In this document: piece by piece, positions 28,543 to 37,797 of the stretch | Numbering within the stretch: the first letter of the stretch is position 1 | How the letters are laid out: every line of letters starts with the position of its first letter | NCBI GenBank assembly: GCA_965222375.1 | Contig: CBDCTZ010000012.1 | Span: 576,001-640,000, forward strand | From: Polyangiaceae bacterium | Lineage (GTDB): Bacteria; Myxococcota_A; Polyangia; Polyangiales; Polyangiaceae | Direction of reading: 5' to 3' | DNA: 64,000 nt | Made by a program: the position numbers and the translations under genes | Notes under the pieces: generated by a model | What the model saw: only the letters and a program-made list of their open reading frames with translations | The model's database searches: none | Told to the model about the DNA's origin: nothing

Positions 28543-29340
28543 ATGAAACGATTCGGCATCTGCGTGGCAACCGCTCTGCTGCTCTCGTCGGTCGGGTGTG
28601 GGGCGGTCTACCCGGAACTCAAGACGCCGGTGCGCCCCGCGCCCCCGGGGGCGCTGTCGCCACCTCCCCCCGAGGACCTAGTATTCATTCGCTTTTCTCG
28701 CGCAGAGATCCCACCGACGACCCGTGATGGTCGCAAGTGGGACTCAGTCGGTGGTGACGCGCCGGACCCTTTCGCGAAAGTGTTCGTCGACGACAAGGAG
28801 CTTTTTCGAACCCCGGTGCAGTCCAACACGTTGACGCCGACTTGGCCTGACGCAGAGCGCGCGAACTACCGTGTTCCGAAGGGCAGCCGGATTCGCGTTG
28901 AGCTCTGGGATTCCAACGCTCTCAACCACCAGCCCATTTGCATGCGCAAGATAAGCAATCTGCACAATCAGGTGTCCTCGGAGGCCCTGGAACTCACCTG
29001 CGACAGTGGCGCGAAGATCCTGATGCGGGTCGAGCCTGCCCACGCCGTGATGGGGCTTGGTTTCCTGTACGAACTTCGAACCCTGGATGTGTACGTCACC
29101 CGGGTCGCCAAGGAGTCCCCGGCCAATCGAGTCGGACTGCTGCCCGGTGACCAACTGGTCAAGATCCAGGGCAAGGTTGCCCGCGACATGCAGGAGGGGG
29201 AGGCCAAGAGTTTGATCAACACCCACAGCCGCACCGGCTTGAACCTCACAGTAAAACACCCAGATGGATCCGTTGCGGATTTGACGCTCAAGGAGGGCCC
29301 CATCTACCCTATGCGAAGCGACGACATCGCGATCCCCTGA
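28543..29340 (+). CDS. Lipoprotein with C2-like and PDZ domains
   Basis: Lipobox SVGC; WD...PDPFAKV...RTPVQSNTLTPTW...VELWD (C2); GLGF...VTRVAKESPANRVGLLPGDQLVKIQG (PDZ). Confidence 0.75.
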   Translation: MKRFGICVATALLLSSVGCGAVYPELKTPVRPAPPGALSPPPPEDLVFIRFSRAEIPPTTRDGRKWDSVGGDAPDPFAKVFVDDKELFRTPVQSNTLTPTWPDAERANYRVPKGSRIRVELWDSNALNHQPICMRKISNLHNQVSSEALELTCDSGAKILMRVEPAHAVMGLGFLYELRTLDVYVTRVAKESPANRVGLLPGDQLVKIQGKVARDMQEGEAKSLINTHSRTGLNLTVKHPDGSVADLTLKEGPIYPMRSDDIAIP

Positions 29341-29377
29341 GGTTGACGCTCGCGTTCGCCGCCCGCATCTTTGCCCC

Positions 29378-30235
29378 ATGCTCAGCGGTCAGGCAGGGTC
29401 TCCTATCGTCGTCGTGGAAGCGGAGCGCGGTGTTCTCCAGGTCACAGGCGCCGACCGCGTTAGCTGGTTGAACGGGATCGTGAGCTGCGAATTGTCCGGA
29501 CTCGCACCTGGCGGTGGGGCCTACGGCCTACTGCTGAGCAAGCAGGGCAAGATTCAGACGGATCTAGATATCATTGCCAGCGGTGATGCGCTGTTCATCA
29601 GCGTGGCACCGGGCCAGGCTGACTCCGCGGCGAAGGCGCTGGACCGCATGCTGATCATGGAGGATGCGGAGCTCGCGGATCGGAGCGATGAGCTCGCGAG
29701 CGTGCGAGTGCACGGCGCCGAGGCAGCCCGATGGCTGCAAAGCCACGGATCGCTGCTTGCGCACGCTCCGATCAGCTGGACTGGCGCGGGTGGCGCCTGC
29801 GCAATTATCGAGCGAGGCGAGCTGGGCCGCCTGACCAAGCACGCGGACCTGGGGGCCTGGAACCAGCTGCGTATCGAGCGTGGCTTCGGCGTCATGGGCG
29901 TGGACTACGATGCCAGCGACAACCCGCATGAGGCAGCGCTGGACCGAGTTGCGGTGAGTTTTTCAAAGGGCTGCTACTTGGGCCAGGAAGTGGTTTGCAT
30001 GCAAGACATGCGCGGCAAGCTGAAGCGACGTTTGTGCATCGTGAAAGCGCAAGGCGCAGAGCTGTCGCCGGGCATGCCCGTCAGCCAAGGGTCCGAAGAA
30101 GTCGGCGAGGTGCGCAGCGTTGCGCCCAAGGGCGGCCTGTGCTTGGCGCGGGTTTCGGCTCCGCATTTCGAGCCGGGGACAGCGCTCCGCGTCGCCGGCG
30201 CGAGCGCCCAGGTAGTAGAGCCACCGGCGGCGTGA
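29378..30235 (+). CDS. ygfZ: Folate-binding protein YgfZ (GcvT family)
   Basis: KGCYLGQE signature. Confidence 0.9.
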   Translation: MLSGQAGSPIVVVEAERGVLQVTGADRVSWLNGIVSCELSGLAPGGGAYGLLLSKQGKIQTDLDIIASGDALFISVAPGQADSAAKALDRMLIMEDAELADRSDELASVRVHGAEAARWLQSHGSLLAHAPISWTGAGGACAIIERGELGRLTKHADLGAWNQLRIERGFGVMGVDYDASDNPHEAALDRVAVSFSKGCYLGQEVVCMQDMRGKLKRRLCIVKAQGAELSPGMPVSQGSEEVGEVRSVAPKGGLCLARVSAPHFEPGTALRVAGASAQVVEPPAA

Positions 30236-30250
30236 TAGCGTCCCGGCGCA

Positions 30251-31201
30251 ATGGCGAACACGCCGTCTCCGCCTACAGATCGACGCAGCGAGAGCGGCTA
30301 TCGGGTTGCTGACGACGCCCTCGGCCTGGTCGGCGCTACGCCTTTGGTTCGGCTCGCCCGGCTGAGTCCCGACGGAGGCGCGAGCGTCTGGGGCAAAGCC
30401 GAATTCGTGAACCCAGGCGGCAGCGTCAAAGACCGCCCAGCGCTGTACATGGTGCTGTCGGCGGAGGGCGATGGAAAGCTGTCCCCAGGCTCGACGATGA
30501 TCGAGGCGACCAGCGGCAATACGGGAATCAGCTTGGCAATGATCGCTGCAGTGCGAGGCTATCGCTGCGTCTTGGTCATGCCCGAGGACATGAGTCTGGA
30601 GCGGCGCTACATCCTGCGCGCCTATGGCGCGGAGATCGTTCTGACCCCAGCTCTGGATGGGATGGCAGGCGCGGTCGAGCGCGCCCAAGCCTTGCTCTCA
30701 GAAACGGATGGCGGGTTCATGCCGAGCCAGTTCGAGAACCTCAACAATCCCCTCAGTCACGAGAAGACAACGGCCAAAGAAGTGATCGAGCAGGCTGGTC
30801 CCGACTTGGCGGCCTTTGTCGCGGGGGTCGGCACTGGCGGCACCGTGACGGGAACTGGCCGTGCTCTGAAGCAAGAGAGCGCCGGGGTGAAGGTAGTCGC
30901 CGTGGAACCGCAGTCGAGCGCTGTGTTGAGCGGCAAACCTCCCGGCATGCATGGCATCCAAGGGCTCGGCGCCGGCTTCGTTCCGGAAATCGTGGACCGC
31001 AGCGTGATCGACGAGATCATCTCGGTGAGCGATGTGGCCGCGGAGCGTATGGCTCGACGCTTGGCTCGGGAAGAAGGCTTGCTGGTCGGACCCAGTGCCG
31101 GTGCCAACGTGCACGCGGCCGTCGAAGTCGCCAAGGCACTTCCTCAGCGGGCACGGGTTGTCACCGTGCTGTGCGATTCCGGCGAACGCTACTTGTTTTG
31201 A
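30251..31201 (+). CDS. cysK: Cysteine synthase
   Basis: NPGGSVKDR, EATSGNTG, GVGTGGT, HGIQGLGAGFVP, DSGERYL. Confidence 0.95.
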   Translation: MANTPSPPTDRRSESGYRVADDALGLVGATPLVRLARLSPDGGASVWGKAEFVNPGGSVKDRPALYMVLSAEGDGKLSPGSTMIEATSGNTGISLAMIAAVRGYRCVLVMPEDMSLERRYILRAYGAEIVLTPALDGMAGAVERAQALLSETDGGFMPSQFENLNNPLSHEKTTAKEVIEQAGPDLAAFVAGVGTGGTVTGTGRALKQESAGVKVVAVEPQSSAVLSGKPPGMHGIQGLGAGFVPEIVDRSVIDEIISVSDVAAERMARRLAREEGLLVGPSAGANVHAAVEVAKALPQRARVVTVLCDSGERYLF

Positions 31202-31981
31202 TTATTTCCCCTGAAACGTTGGATCTCGGCGTTGGGCCCAAGCCAAGACGCCCTCCATCATGTCCTCGGATGCAAGCAATTCGAGCTGCCCCGCTTTCTC
31301 TCGAGCAAGGGCGTCTTCGATACCGCCGCGGTAGCTCTCGCGCACGCTGCGCCGGATTTGCGCCAGCGCCAAAGGTGGTCCCTTGGCGAGCTCACCAGCC
31401 AATTCCTGACTGGTGCGCAGCAACGCCTCTGTTTCAACCACGCGATTCGTCAGACCCAGATGCAACGCCAGGCCCGCATCGATCTTGCTCCCGAAGAGCA
31501 GCAACTCCATGGCGCGTCCGAGCCCGACCAGTCGTGGCAACCAGAAAGTGCCTCCTCCGTCGGGCATCAAGCCGATTTTGACGAACTTCTCTTGCAGATA
31601 GCTGCGGGTCGTCATGACGCGAAGGTCACACGCCAGGGCAAGATCCGCCCCAAAGCCAACAGCCGGTCCATCCACTGCAGCGACAAATGGCTTTGGCGCT
31701 GACACGATCGCACGAATGAGCGCATGAAACTCTTTGATGCGCTCGTTCATGTCCACGTCGGCTTCGCTCATTACCGCCTTGAGATCCGCACCGGAGCAAA
31801 AGCTCTCGCCCGAGCCGGTCAAGATGACCGCCCGCACCGAGTCGTCTTCGCTCACGGTCCTCAACGCCTGGCCGAGTTCCAAAACCAGCGCGCGGTTGAG
31901 CGCGTTCTTGGTTCCGGGTCGATTGAGCGCCAAGGTTGCGACGGCATCCTTGGTCGAGACGAGTAGGGGCGGGTCGCTCAT
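31202..31981 (-). CDS. Enoyl-CoA hydratase/isomerase (PaaG-like)
   Basis: FCSGADL, AVGFGADLALACD, GLMPDGG. Confidence 0.88.
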   Translation of the reverse strand: MSDPPLLVSTKDAVATLALNRPGTKNALNRALVLELGQALRTVSEDDSVRAVILTGSGESFCSGADLKAVMSEADVDMNERIKEFHALIRAIVSAPKPFVAAVDGPAVGFGADLALACDLRVMTTRSYLQEKFVKIGLMPDGGGTFWLPRLVGLGRAMELLLFGSKIDAGLALHLGLTNRVVETEALLRTSQELAGELAKGPPLALAQIRRSVRESYRGGIEDALAREKAGQLELLASEDMMEGVLAWAQRRDPTFQGK

Positions 31982-32235
31982 GGCGTGGGAGGCTCGTGCG
32001 GCTACCGTGTTGCTGTCAAGAGGCCGCAGCGTTCTGGACTTCGTTGTTTTTGCGGGCAACGCGCTTGTGACGCGCTTCGTGATGCCCGACGGGGCAATAC
32101 CCGAAGGGGTACGTCGCGAGGCCGTCCTGGGCCTCTACTCTCGCAGAATTCCCCGCGGGTCACTGGGCACAAGCAGTGGCCCGGCGGCGTCGAGGCTCGG
32201 TCGCCGCGTTTGCGCTCAGCCAAAAAGGAGACTAC

Positions 32236-33093
32236 GTGCGGCTGGACATGCCCCGCGGTTTCGACTTGCCACAGCCTCCGGCGTTGCCCGATCAACGAGG
32301 GCAGACCTTCACCAAGTTGGTGGAGTTGATGCAGCGTCTGCTTGCGCCGGATGGATGTCCCTGGGACCGCGAGCAAGATATGCACAGCATGCGTCGATAC
32401 GTGTTGGAAGAAGCCTGCGAGGTCATTGACGCGATCGAGGACGGCGAACCGGAGCATTTGAAAGAAGAGCTCGGCGACCTCGCGCTGCAGGTCGTGTTTC
32501 TGGCGGAGCTGGCACGCACGCAGGCGGGCTTTGGCCCCGATGACGTGGTGTTTGCGGTATGCGACAAGCTGGTGCGGCGCCACCCTCACGTGTTCGAAGA
32601 CGTCTCCGTAGAGGGCTCCGAGGAAGTGTTGCGGAATTGGGAGGCCATCAAGCAGAGCGAGAAGGCAGGGCGTCGGCTGTTGGAAGGAGTCCCCCGTTCA
32701 TTGCCTGCCCTCGCGCGCGCCCAACGCATGAGCGAAAAAGCCAGCCGGGTCGGTTTCGATTGGCCCAATGCGGCAGGTTCGCGAGCCAAAGTCGCGGAGG
32801 AAGTCGCAGAACTGAATGAGGCCCTACACACGGGGGGCGATGGCCGGGTCGAACACGAGATCGGCGATCTCCTGTTCGCGCTGGTGAACCTCGCGCGGCA
32901 TGAAAAGATCGACGCCGAGGCGGCGCTTCGAAAGGCGTCCGAGCGGTTCCGACAGCGCTTCGAGCACGTGGAAGACCGAGTGAGGGAAGTCCACGGCGGG
33001 TTTCCACGCACCGAGGCGGGCAAGCCAGGGCCGGGGATTCCGTTGGAAGAACTCGACGCATACTGGAACGAAGCGAAAGCAAAGTCCTCGTGA
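32236..33093 (+). CDS. mazG: Nucleoside triphosphate pyrophosphohydrolase MazG
   Basis: GCPWDREQ, EELGDL, KLVRRHPHVF, second domain EIGDLLFA; GTG 32236 follows AAGGAG (ATG 32248 is an alternative start). Confidence 0.92.
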   Translation: MRLDMPRGFDLPQPPALPDQRGQTFTKLVELMQRLLAPDGCPWDREQDMHSMRRYVLEEACEVIDAIEDGEPEHLKEELGDLALQVVFLAELARTQAGFGPDDVVFAVCDKLVRRHPHVFEDVSVEGSEEVLRNWEAIKQSEKAGRRLLEGVPRSLPALARAQRMSEKASRVGFDWPNAAGSRAKVAEEVAELNEALHTGGDGRVEHEIGDLLFALVNLARHEKIDAEAALRKASERFRQRFEHVEDRVREVHGGFPRTEAGKPGPGIPLEELDAYWNEAKAKSS

Positions 33094-34271
33094 GCGAGGC
33101 GCCGCCGGATGCCGTGCATCCCCTGGCGCGTCTACCCGAAGAGTGGGAGACGCTCATGCTGCGCGCGGGCCAGCCCCGCTACCGCGCACGCCAGATCTTT
33201 CGGTGGCTCCATGCCCAAACCAGCGACAGTCCGGAAGAGATGAGCAATCTCCCTCGCCCGCTTCGCGCGCGGCTTGCTGAGGAACAGTTGACCCTGGAGC
33301 GCGAGGTTCTCGCGGTGCGACGTGCCAAGGACGGTACCCGCAAGGTGCTGCTGGAGTTCGGGCAGGAAGCGCGGATCGAGTGTGTGGTCATTCCCATGAA
33401 ACCCCTCGCATCGCCAAGCGACGACGCGGATCTGGCGGCGGTGCCCGAAGACGACGAGGCGCAGGCAGCGGGGGGGCCGATCCGAGTGACGGTCTGTCTT
33501 TCGACCCAACACGGTTGCGCAATGGGTTGCGTGTTTTGCGCGAGTGGTCGCGCTGGGCTCCTTCGCGGGCTTTCGGCTGCTGAGGTCATCGAGCAGGTTC
33601 GCGTGGCAAAACGGCAACTAGAGCCCGGAGAGCAACTGCGCAACCTCGTCTTCATGGGTATGGGCGAACCGCTGCACCACTACGCCGAGACGGCGCGGGC
33701 ACTGCGTGTACTGACGCATCCTGACGGAATGGATTTGTCTCTCCGACGCATCACCGTCAGCACGGTGGGGTTGGTGCCCGGGATCGACAAACTCGGTGAG
33801 GACTTCGGTGGCAAAGTCGGCTTGGCTGTCTCCTTGCACGCTGCGACGGATGAGCTTCGCGAAAGGATCGTTCCCATGAATAGCCGCTACTCGGTGGGTG
33901 ACATCATGGCTGCTCTGCGTCGCTATCCGCTGCCGCGACGTCGTCGCATCACCCTCGAATACACTCTGATGCAGGATGTAAACGACAGCCTGGAGCATGC
34001 CAGGCAGCTGGTCCGGCTGCTTCGGGGACTCAAAGTGAAGGTGAACTTGATCCCGATGAATCCTGTCGCGGGTTCGGGGCTCGAAGCATCCAGCCCCGAG
34101 CGAGTGAGGGCTTTTCAAGAAGCGGTTCACGGGTCCGGGGTTTCCTGTTTCGTACGGGTCAGGCGTGGGGGTGGGGTCGACGCAGCTTGTGGCCAACTCG
34201 CCCTGGGTGGCGAGGAGCCCGCCCCTCAGTTGATTCGAAGCATTGGTAGAAAAACTAAAGAAATCAGCTAG
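33090..34271 (+). CDS. rlmN: 23S rRNA m2A2503 radical-SAM methyltransferase
   Basis: CAMGCVFC, MGMGEP, SLHA, NLIP, AACGQL. Confidence 0.93.
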   Translation: MSEAPPDAVHPLARLPEEWETLMLRAGQPRYRARQIFRWLHAQTSDSPEEMSNLPRPLRARLAEEQLTLEREVLAVRRAKDGTRKVLLEFGQEARIECVVIPMKPLASPSDDADLAAVPEDDEAQAAGGPIRVTVCLSTQHGCAMGCVFCASGRAGLLRGLSAAEVIEQVRVAKRQLEPGEQLRNLVFMGMGEPLHHYAETARALRVLTHPDGMDLSLRRITVSTVGLVPGIDKLGEDFGGKVGLAVSLHAATDELRERIVPMNSRYSVGDIMAALRRYPLPRRRRITLEYTLMQDVNDSLEHARQLVRLLRGLKVKVNLIPMNPVAGSGLEASSPERVRAFQEAVHGSGVSCFVRVRRGGGVDAACGQLALGGEEPAPQLIRSIGRKTKEIS

Positions 34272-34322
34272 TTACGACAGTAGCCTGCGGAGCACGTCCG
34301 ATTCTTGAGTATGCTGCGCGCC

Positions 34323-36041
34323 ATGACTGCCCCGAACTTGATCGGCAGCGCCACGGATCGCGCTCGCGCCTGGATGCAACAAGATCCGGATCCCGAGACT
34401 CGGGCGGAACTCCAAGCGCTGATCGAAGCCGGCGACGAAAAGGAGCTGGCAGAGCGAATGCACGCGCCGCTGTCCTTCGGCACGGCCGGATTGCGAGGCA
34501 TCGTCGGGGCTGGCGAAAACCGGATGAATCGTGCGGTGGTGATTCGCGCGACTCGAGGACTGGCGGACACCTTGGCCCGCCGGGTCCCGGACGTTCGCAC
34601 TCTGCCGGTCGTCGTGGGCTACGACGGTCGGCTCAGTAGCCGTGACTTCGCGGAAGAAGCTGTCGCGGTGCTCGATGCAGCGGGGATCCCTGTGCGGGTC
34701 TTCGACCATCCCGAATCGACTCCCATGGTGGCCTATGCGGCGCGGGAGCTTGGCGCGCAGGCTGCCATCGTCGTTACGGCGAGCCACAACCCGCCTGAGT
34801 ACAACGGCTACAAGGTCTACGCGCCGAACGCCGTTCAGATCGTTCCGCCCTGGGACACGGACATTGCGGCCGCCATCGCGGCGACCGGGCCGGCGAATGA
34901 AGTGCCCAAGAACGACGGAGCCTACAAGCGAGCTGAGCGAGTCCCGGACAGTTTCGCCGATCGCTACCTGACTGATGTCGATGCCATTCGACCCAGGGGC
35001 CAGAAGGACCAAGATTTCAACATCATTTACACGCCCCTGCACGGCGTGGGCGCATCGATGGTGAGCCGGGCCTTCGAGCGCGCGGGGTATCGCCTGTCGC
35101 TCGTGCCTGAGCAGGCAGAGCCGGATGGCAATTTCCCAACGGTGCAGTTTCCGAACCCAGAAGAACCCGGAGCATTGGATCTAGCGCTCGCGCTGGCTGA
35201 GAAAACCGAGGCTGAGCTGATACTCGCTAACGATCCGGACGCCGACCGCCTCGCGGTGTGCGTGCCCACGTCGACGGGCCGCTTCGTTCAGCTCTCTGGT
35301 AATCAAGTCGGGATCTTGCTGGCCGAAATGATGCTGCAGAACGCACTGTCCTCTCCGCGCCCGGCGGTTCTCTCATCCATCGTGTCGACTCCTATGCTGC
35401 GGGACGTGGCCAAAGCGTACGGCGCGCATTTCGAGCAGACACTGACTGGATTCAAATGGATTTGGAATGCGGCCCTGGACTTGGAACACGAAGCGAGCGT
35501 CCGCTACTGCTTCAGTTACGAAGAGGCGCAGGGTTATTGCGCCGGGCGGTTCGTACGGGACAAGGACGGAATCGCCGCTGCGCTGCTCTTCGCAGATCTT
35601 GCGGCGGAGTGCCGGGCTCGCAGACAGAGCGTCCTCGAGCATCTGCATACGCTCTACCGCAGGCACGGCCTGTGGGTCAGCGCGCAGAAGAGCGTGACCT
35701 GCCCGGGTAGCGAGGGGTCGGCCAAGATCGCGGGCGCCATGCAGACCCTGGGGGACGCGCCGCCCAAGCAGGTTGGCGGCATGTCCGTCACCGGTTTCGT
35801 GGACTATCGAGTCGGCGCGGACCAGCGCCCGCGCTGGTTGGCCCAGGCGGACATGGTCGAGCTGAGCCTCGAAGGTGGTGGACGAGTGTTGGTCCGGCCC
35901 AGCGGCACGGAGCCGAAGTTGAAGATCTATGTGGACCTGCGCGCTGAGCTGGAGGAGCAGAGCGTGGGCGCGAAAGAAAGTGCGCTGCAGGAGCAGGCGC
36001 AGGTGTTGGCGGATGCGGTTGCAAAGAGCCTGGAGCTCTGA
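34323..36041 (+). CDS. Phosphomannomutase/phosphoglucomutase
   Basis: FGTAGLRG, TASHNP, DPDADR, RPSGTEPK. Confidence 0.93.
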   Translation: MTAPNLIGSATDRARAWMQQDPDPETRAELQALIEAGDEKELAERMHAPLSFGTAGLRGIVGAGENRMNRAVVIRATRGLADTLARRVPDVRTLPVVVGYDGRLSSRDFAEEAVAVLDAAGIPVRVFDHPESTPMVAYAARELGAQAAIVVTASHNPPEYNGYKVYAPNAVQIVPPWDTDIAAAIAATGPANEVPKNDGAYKRAERVPDSFADRYLTDVDAIRPRGQKDQDFNIIYTPLHGVGASMVSRAFERAGYRLSLVPEQAEPDGNFPTVQFPNPEEPGALDLALALAEKTEAELILANDPDADRLAVCVPTSTGRFVQLSGNQVGILLAEMMLQNALSSPRPAVLSSIVSTPMLRDVAKAYGAHFEQTLTGFKWIWNAALDLEHEASVRYCFSYEEAQGYCAGRFVRDKDGIAAALLFADLAAECRARRQSVLEHLHTLYRRHGLWVSAQKSVTCPGSEGSAKIAGAMQTLGDAPPKQVGGMSVTGFVDYRVGADQRPRWLAQADMVELSLEGGGRVLVRPSGTEPKLKIYVDLRAELEEQSVGAKESALQEQAQVLADAVAKSLEL

Positions 36042-36083
36042 TGCGATCCAAATTGTGAGCGAGAGCAAATCCTGGAGGACACG

Positions 36084-36713
36084 ATGCGGAAGTTGATGAC
36101 AATTGGTGCGGCGGTGGTAGCAACTTCGTTGGCGGCGCCGGCTGCGGCTCAGGAGTTCGGGGAGCAAGGCACACCCGCTTTGTTCGCTGAGCGTCTATTC
36201 GGTTTCTACTTCTCGAAGCGAGAGACGGATCTGCCCAACGGAAACGAGGTAGAAGAGGACTTCAAGGGCTTCGGACTGGGTACTCGCTCTCCAGCACACG
36301 TGACGCCTTACGAGCTACCTCGGGTCGGCTTCGACTACTTCGTCATCGACTCTCTGTCGGTGGGCGGGGCACTCGCCTACGCTCAGTCCGAGGACGACGA
36401 CGATCCTAACAACGAGTTCAGCATTTTCTTGTTGGCTCCTCGGGTTGGGTACGTTTGGATGTTCTCCGAAGTGGTCGGCTTTTGGCTGAGGGGCGGATTC
36501 ACATATCATTCCATCGACAGGGATCCCGGGGGCATTGACGAGAACGCCTTGGCGCTGACCGGGGAGGGCATGTTCGTGATCACGCCGACTCCCAACTTTG
36601 GTTTCATCGTGGGGCCGACTTTCGACTTGAGCTTCACGGGTGAAATCGAAGACCAGGATCGACGCTATCGCTCTTTCGGCCTGATCAACGCAGGCATTGG
36701 CGGCTGGTTCTGA
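36084..36713 (+). CDS. Small outer-membrane beta-barrel protein
   Basis: Signal peptide, about 8 amphipathic strands, C-terminal GWF; RBS GGAGG. Confidence 0.75.
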   Translation: MRKLMTIGAAVVATSLAAPAAAQEFGEQGTPALFAERLFGFYFSKRETDLPNGNEVEEDFKGFGLGTRSPAHVTPYELPRVGFDYFVIDSLSVGGALAYAQSEDDDDPNNEFSIFLLAPRVGYVWMFSEVVGFWLRGGFTYHSIDRDPGGIDENALALTGEGMFVITPTPNFGFIVGPTFDLSFTGEIEDQDRRYRSFGLINAGIGGWF

Positions 36714-36878
36714 GCGCTTTTTGTCGAAAAACCGGGGAAGGTTCCCCCGCGGAAGGCGTATTAGGAGCCCGGGCGCCGCCCGTATCCCAGCGGGGTAGGG
36801 GGCGGCAGGCTTGCACCCGGTTGACCGGCGGCTATGCTCCACCCGCGCCGACCACCGGCCTCTTATTGGGAGAAAATC

Positions 36879-37562
36879 ATGCGCTTTATCTTCATTTCCC
36901 TGGCTTCGGCACTGGCGGTCGCCTGCTCTTCGGGCGGGGGCGGTGGCGGGGCCGTTTCCTGTGCCGACGGCGGTACCTGCCCCTCGGGTCTCGTCTGCGA
37001 CCCCTCAGGGGTTTGCGTCCAACCCGGCGGTACCGGTGGAAGTGGCGCGACGGGGGCGACGGGCGCCGTAGGGGGCTTGGGCGGCGGTGGCGGGGGCACC
37101 ACGACGGGCGGTTCAGGTGGCGGCGGTGGTACCGGCGGTTTCGGTACCGGCGGCGCGGGCACCGGCGGCGCGGGCACCGGCGGATTCGGTACCGGTGGCT
37201 TCGGTACCGGTGGCACGGGCACTGGCGGCTTTGGCACCGGCGGATTCGGTACCGGTGGTTTCGGTACCGGTGGAACTGGCGCGGGCGGGACTGGCGGTGG
37301 TCCTGCCTGCGGCATCGCCGTGGATGGCAACCCGGTCTGCGACGCCTGCGGCGATCAGTTCTGCTGCTCTCAGCTGCAGAAGTGTGGACCGAATACCATC
37401 TGCAACCAGCTGATCGGCTGCTTGTCGCAGAACTGCCCGGACGGGAGCTGCGTCAACACGACTTGCTCTCAATTCGCCTCGGCGCTGCCGGACCTGCAGG
37501 CCGTTGGGACCTGTGTGTGCAATAGCTGTTCGTCTCAGTGCTCATCGTTCTGCACGCCCTGA
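36879..37562 (+). CDS. Gly-rich, Cys-rich lipoprotein
   Basis: Lipobox AVAC, N-terminal 4-Cys module, GTGGX repeats, C-terminal Cys-rich domain. Confidence 0.75.
   Translation: MRFIFISLASALAVACSSGGGGGGAVSCADGGTCPSGLVCDPSGVCVQPGGTGGSGATGATGAVGGLGGGGGGTTTGGSGGGGGTGGFGTGGAGTGGAGTGGFGTGGFGTGGTGTGGFGTGGFGTGGFGTGGTGAGGTGGGPACGIAVDGNPVCDACGDQFCCSQLQKCGPNTICNQLIGCLSQNCPDGSCVNTTCSQFASALPDLQAVGTCVCNSCSSQCSSFCTP
37128..37292 (+). repeat. Coding 15-bp tandem repeat, 11 units encoding G(T/A)GG(F/A/T)
   Basis: Units such as GGTACCGGTGGCTTC and GGCACCGGCGGATTC are read directly in the sequence. Confidence 0.9.
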
Positions 37563-37584
37563 GCGAAGAAGCGCAAGGTGCCAA

Positions 37585-37613
37585 CGCGGAGCGCCCCTCG
37601 CGGGCGCTTCGCG
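37585..37613. terminator. GC-rich hairpin, possible terminator between convergent genes
   Basis: CGCGGAGCGCCC-CTCGC-GGGCGCTTCGCG; no clear U-tract. Confidence 0.4.
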
Positions 37614-37797
37614 CGTACTCCTAGAAACACCCCTCGACAAAACGCGAGGGACGCGTCTGCGCTTCGTGAGCTGGAGCGATGGCCGCGTGGGGTACAAGCG
37701 TTGGCCATGGAGCCATTTCTAGCCCCAAACCCCCTCAACAAACGGGTGCTCAAGGCCCCGACCGAGTTGACGAGGAGGCTCGGTATGCCGGCTCGCC

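Noticed and set aside
31982..32235. Intergenic hairpin (GGGTCACTG...CAGTGGCCC) as ncRNA or riboswitch
   Set aside because: A single short stem in GC-rich DNA with no recognisable family motif.
37128..37292. Tandem repeat considered as a CRISPR array
   Set aside because: No unique spacers and no cas genes; it is an in-frame coding repeat.
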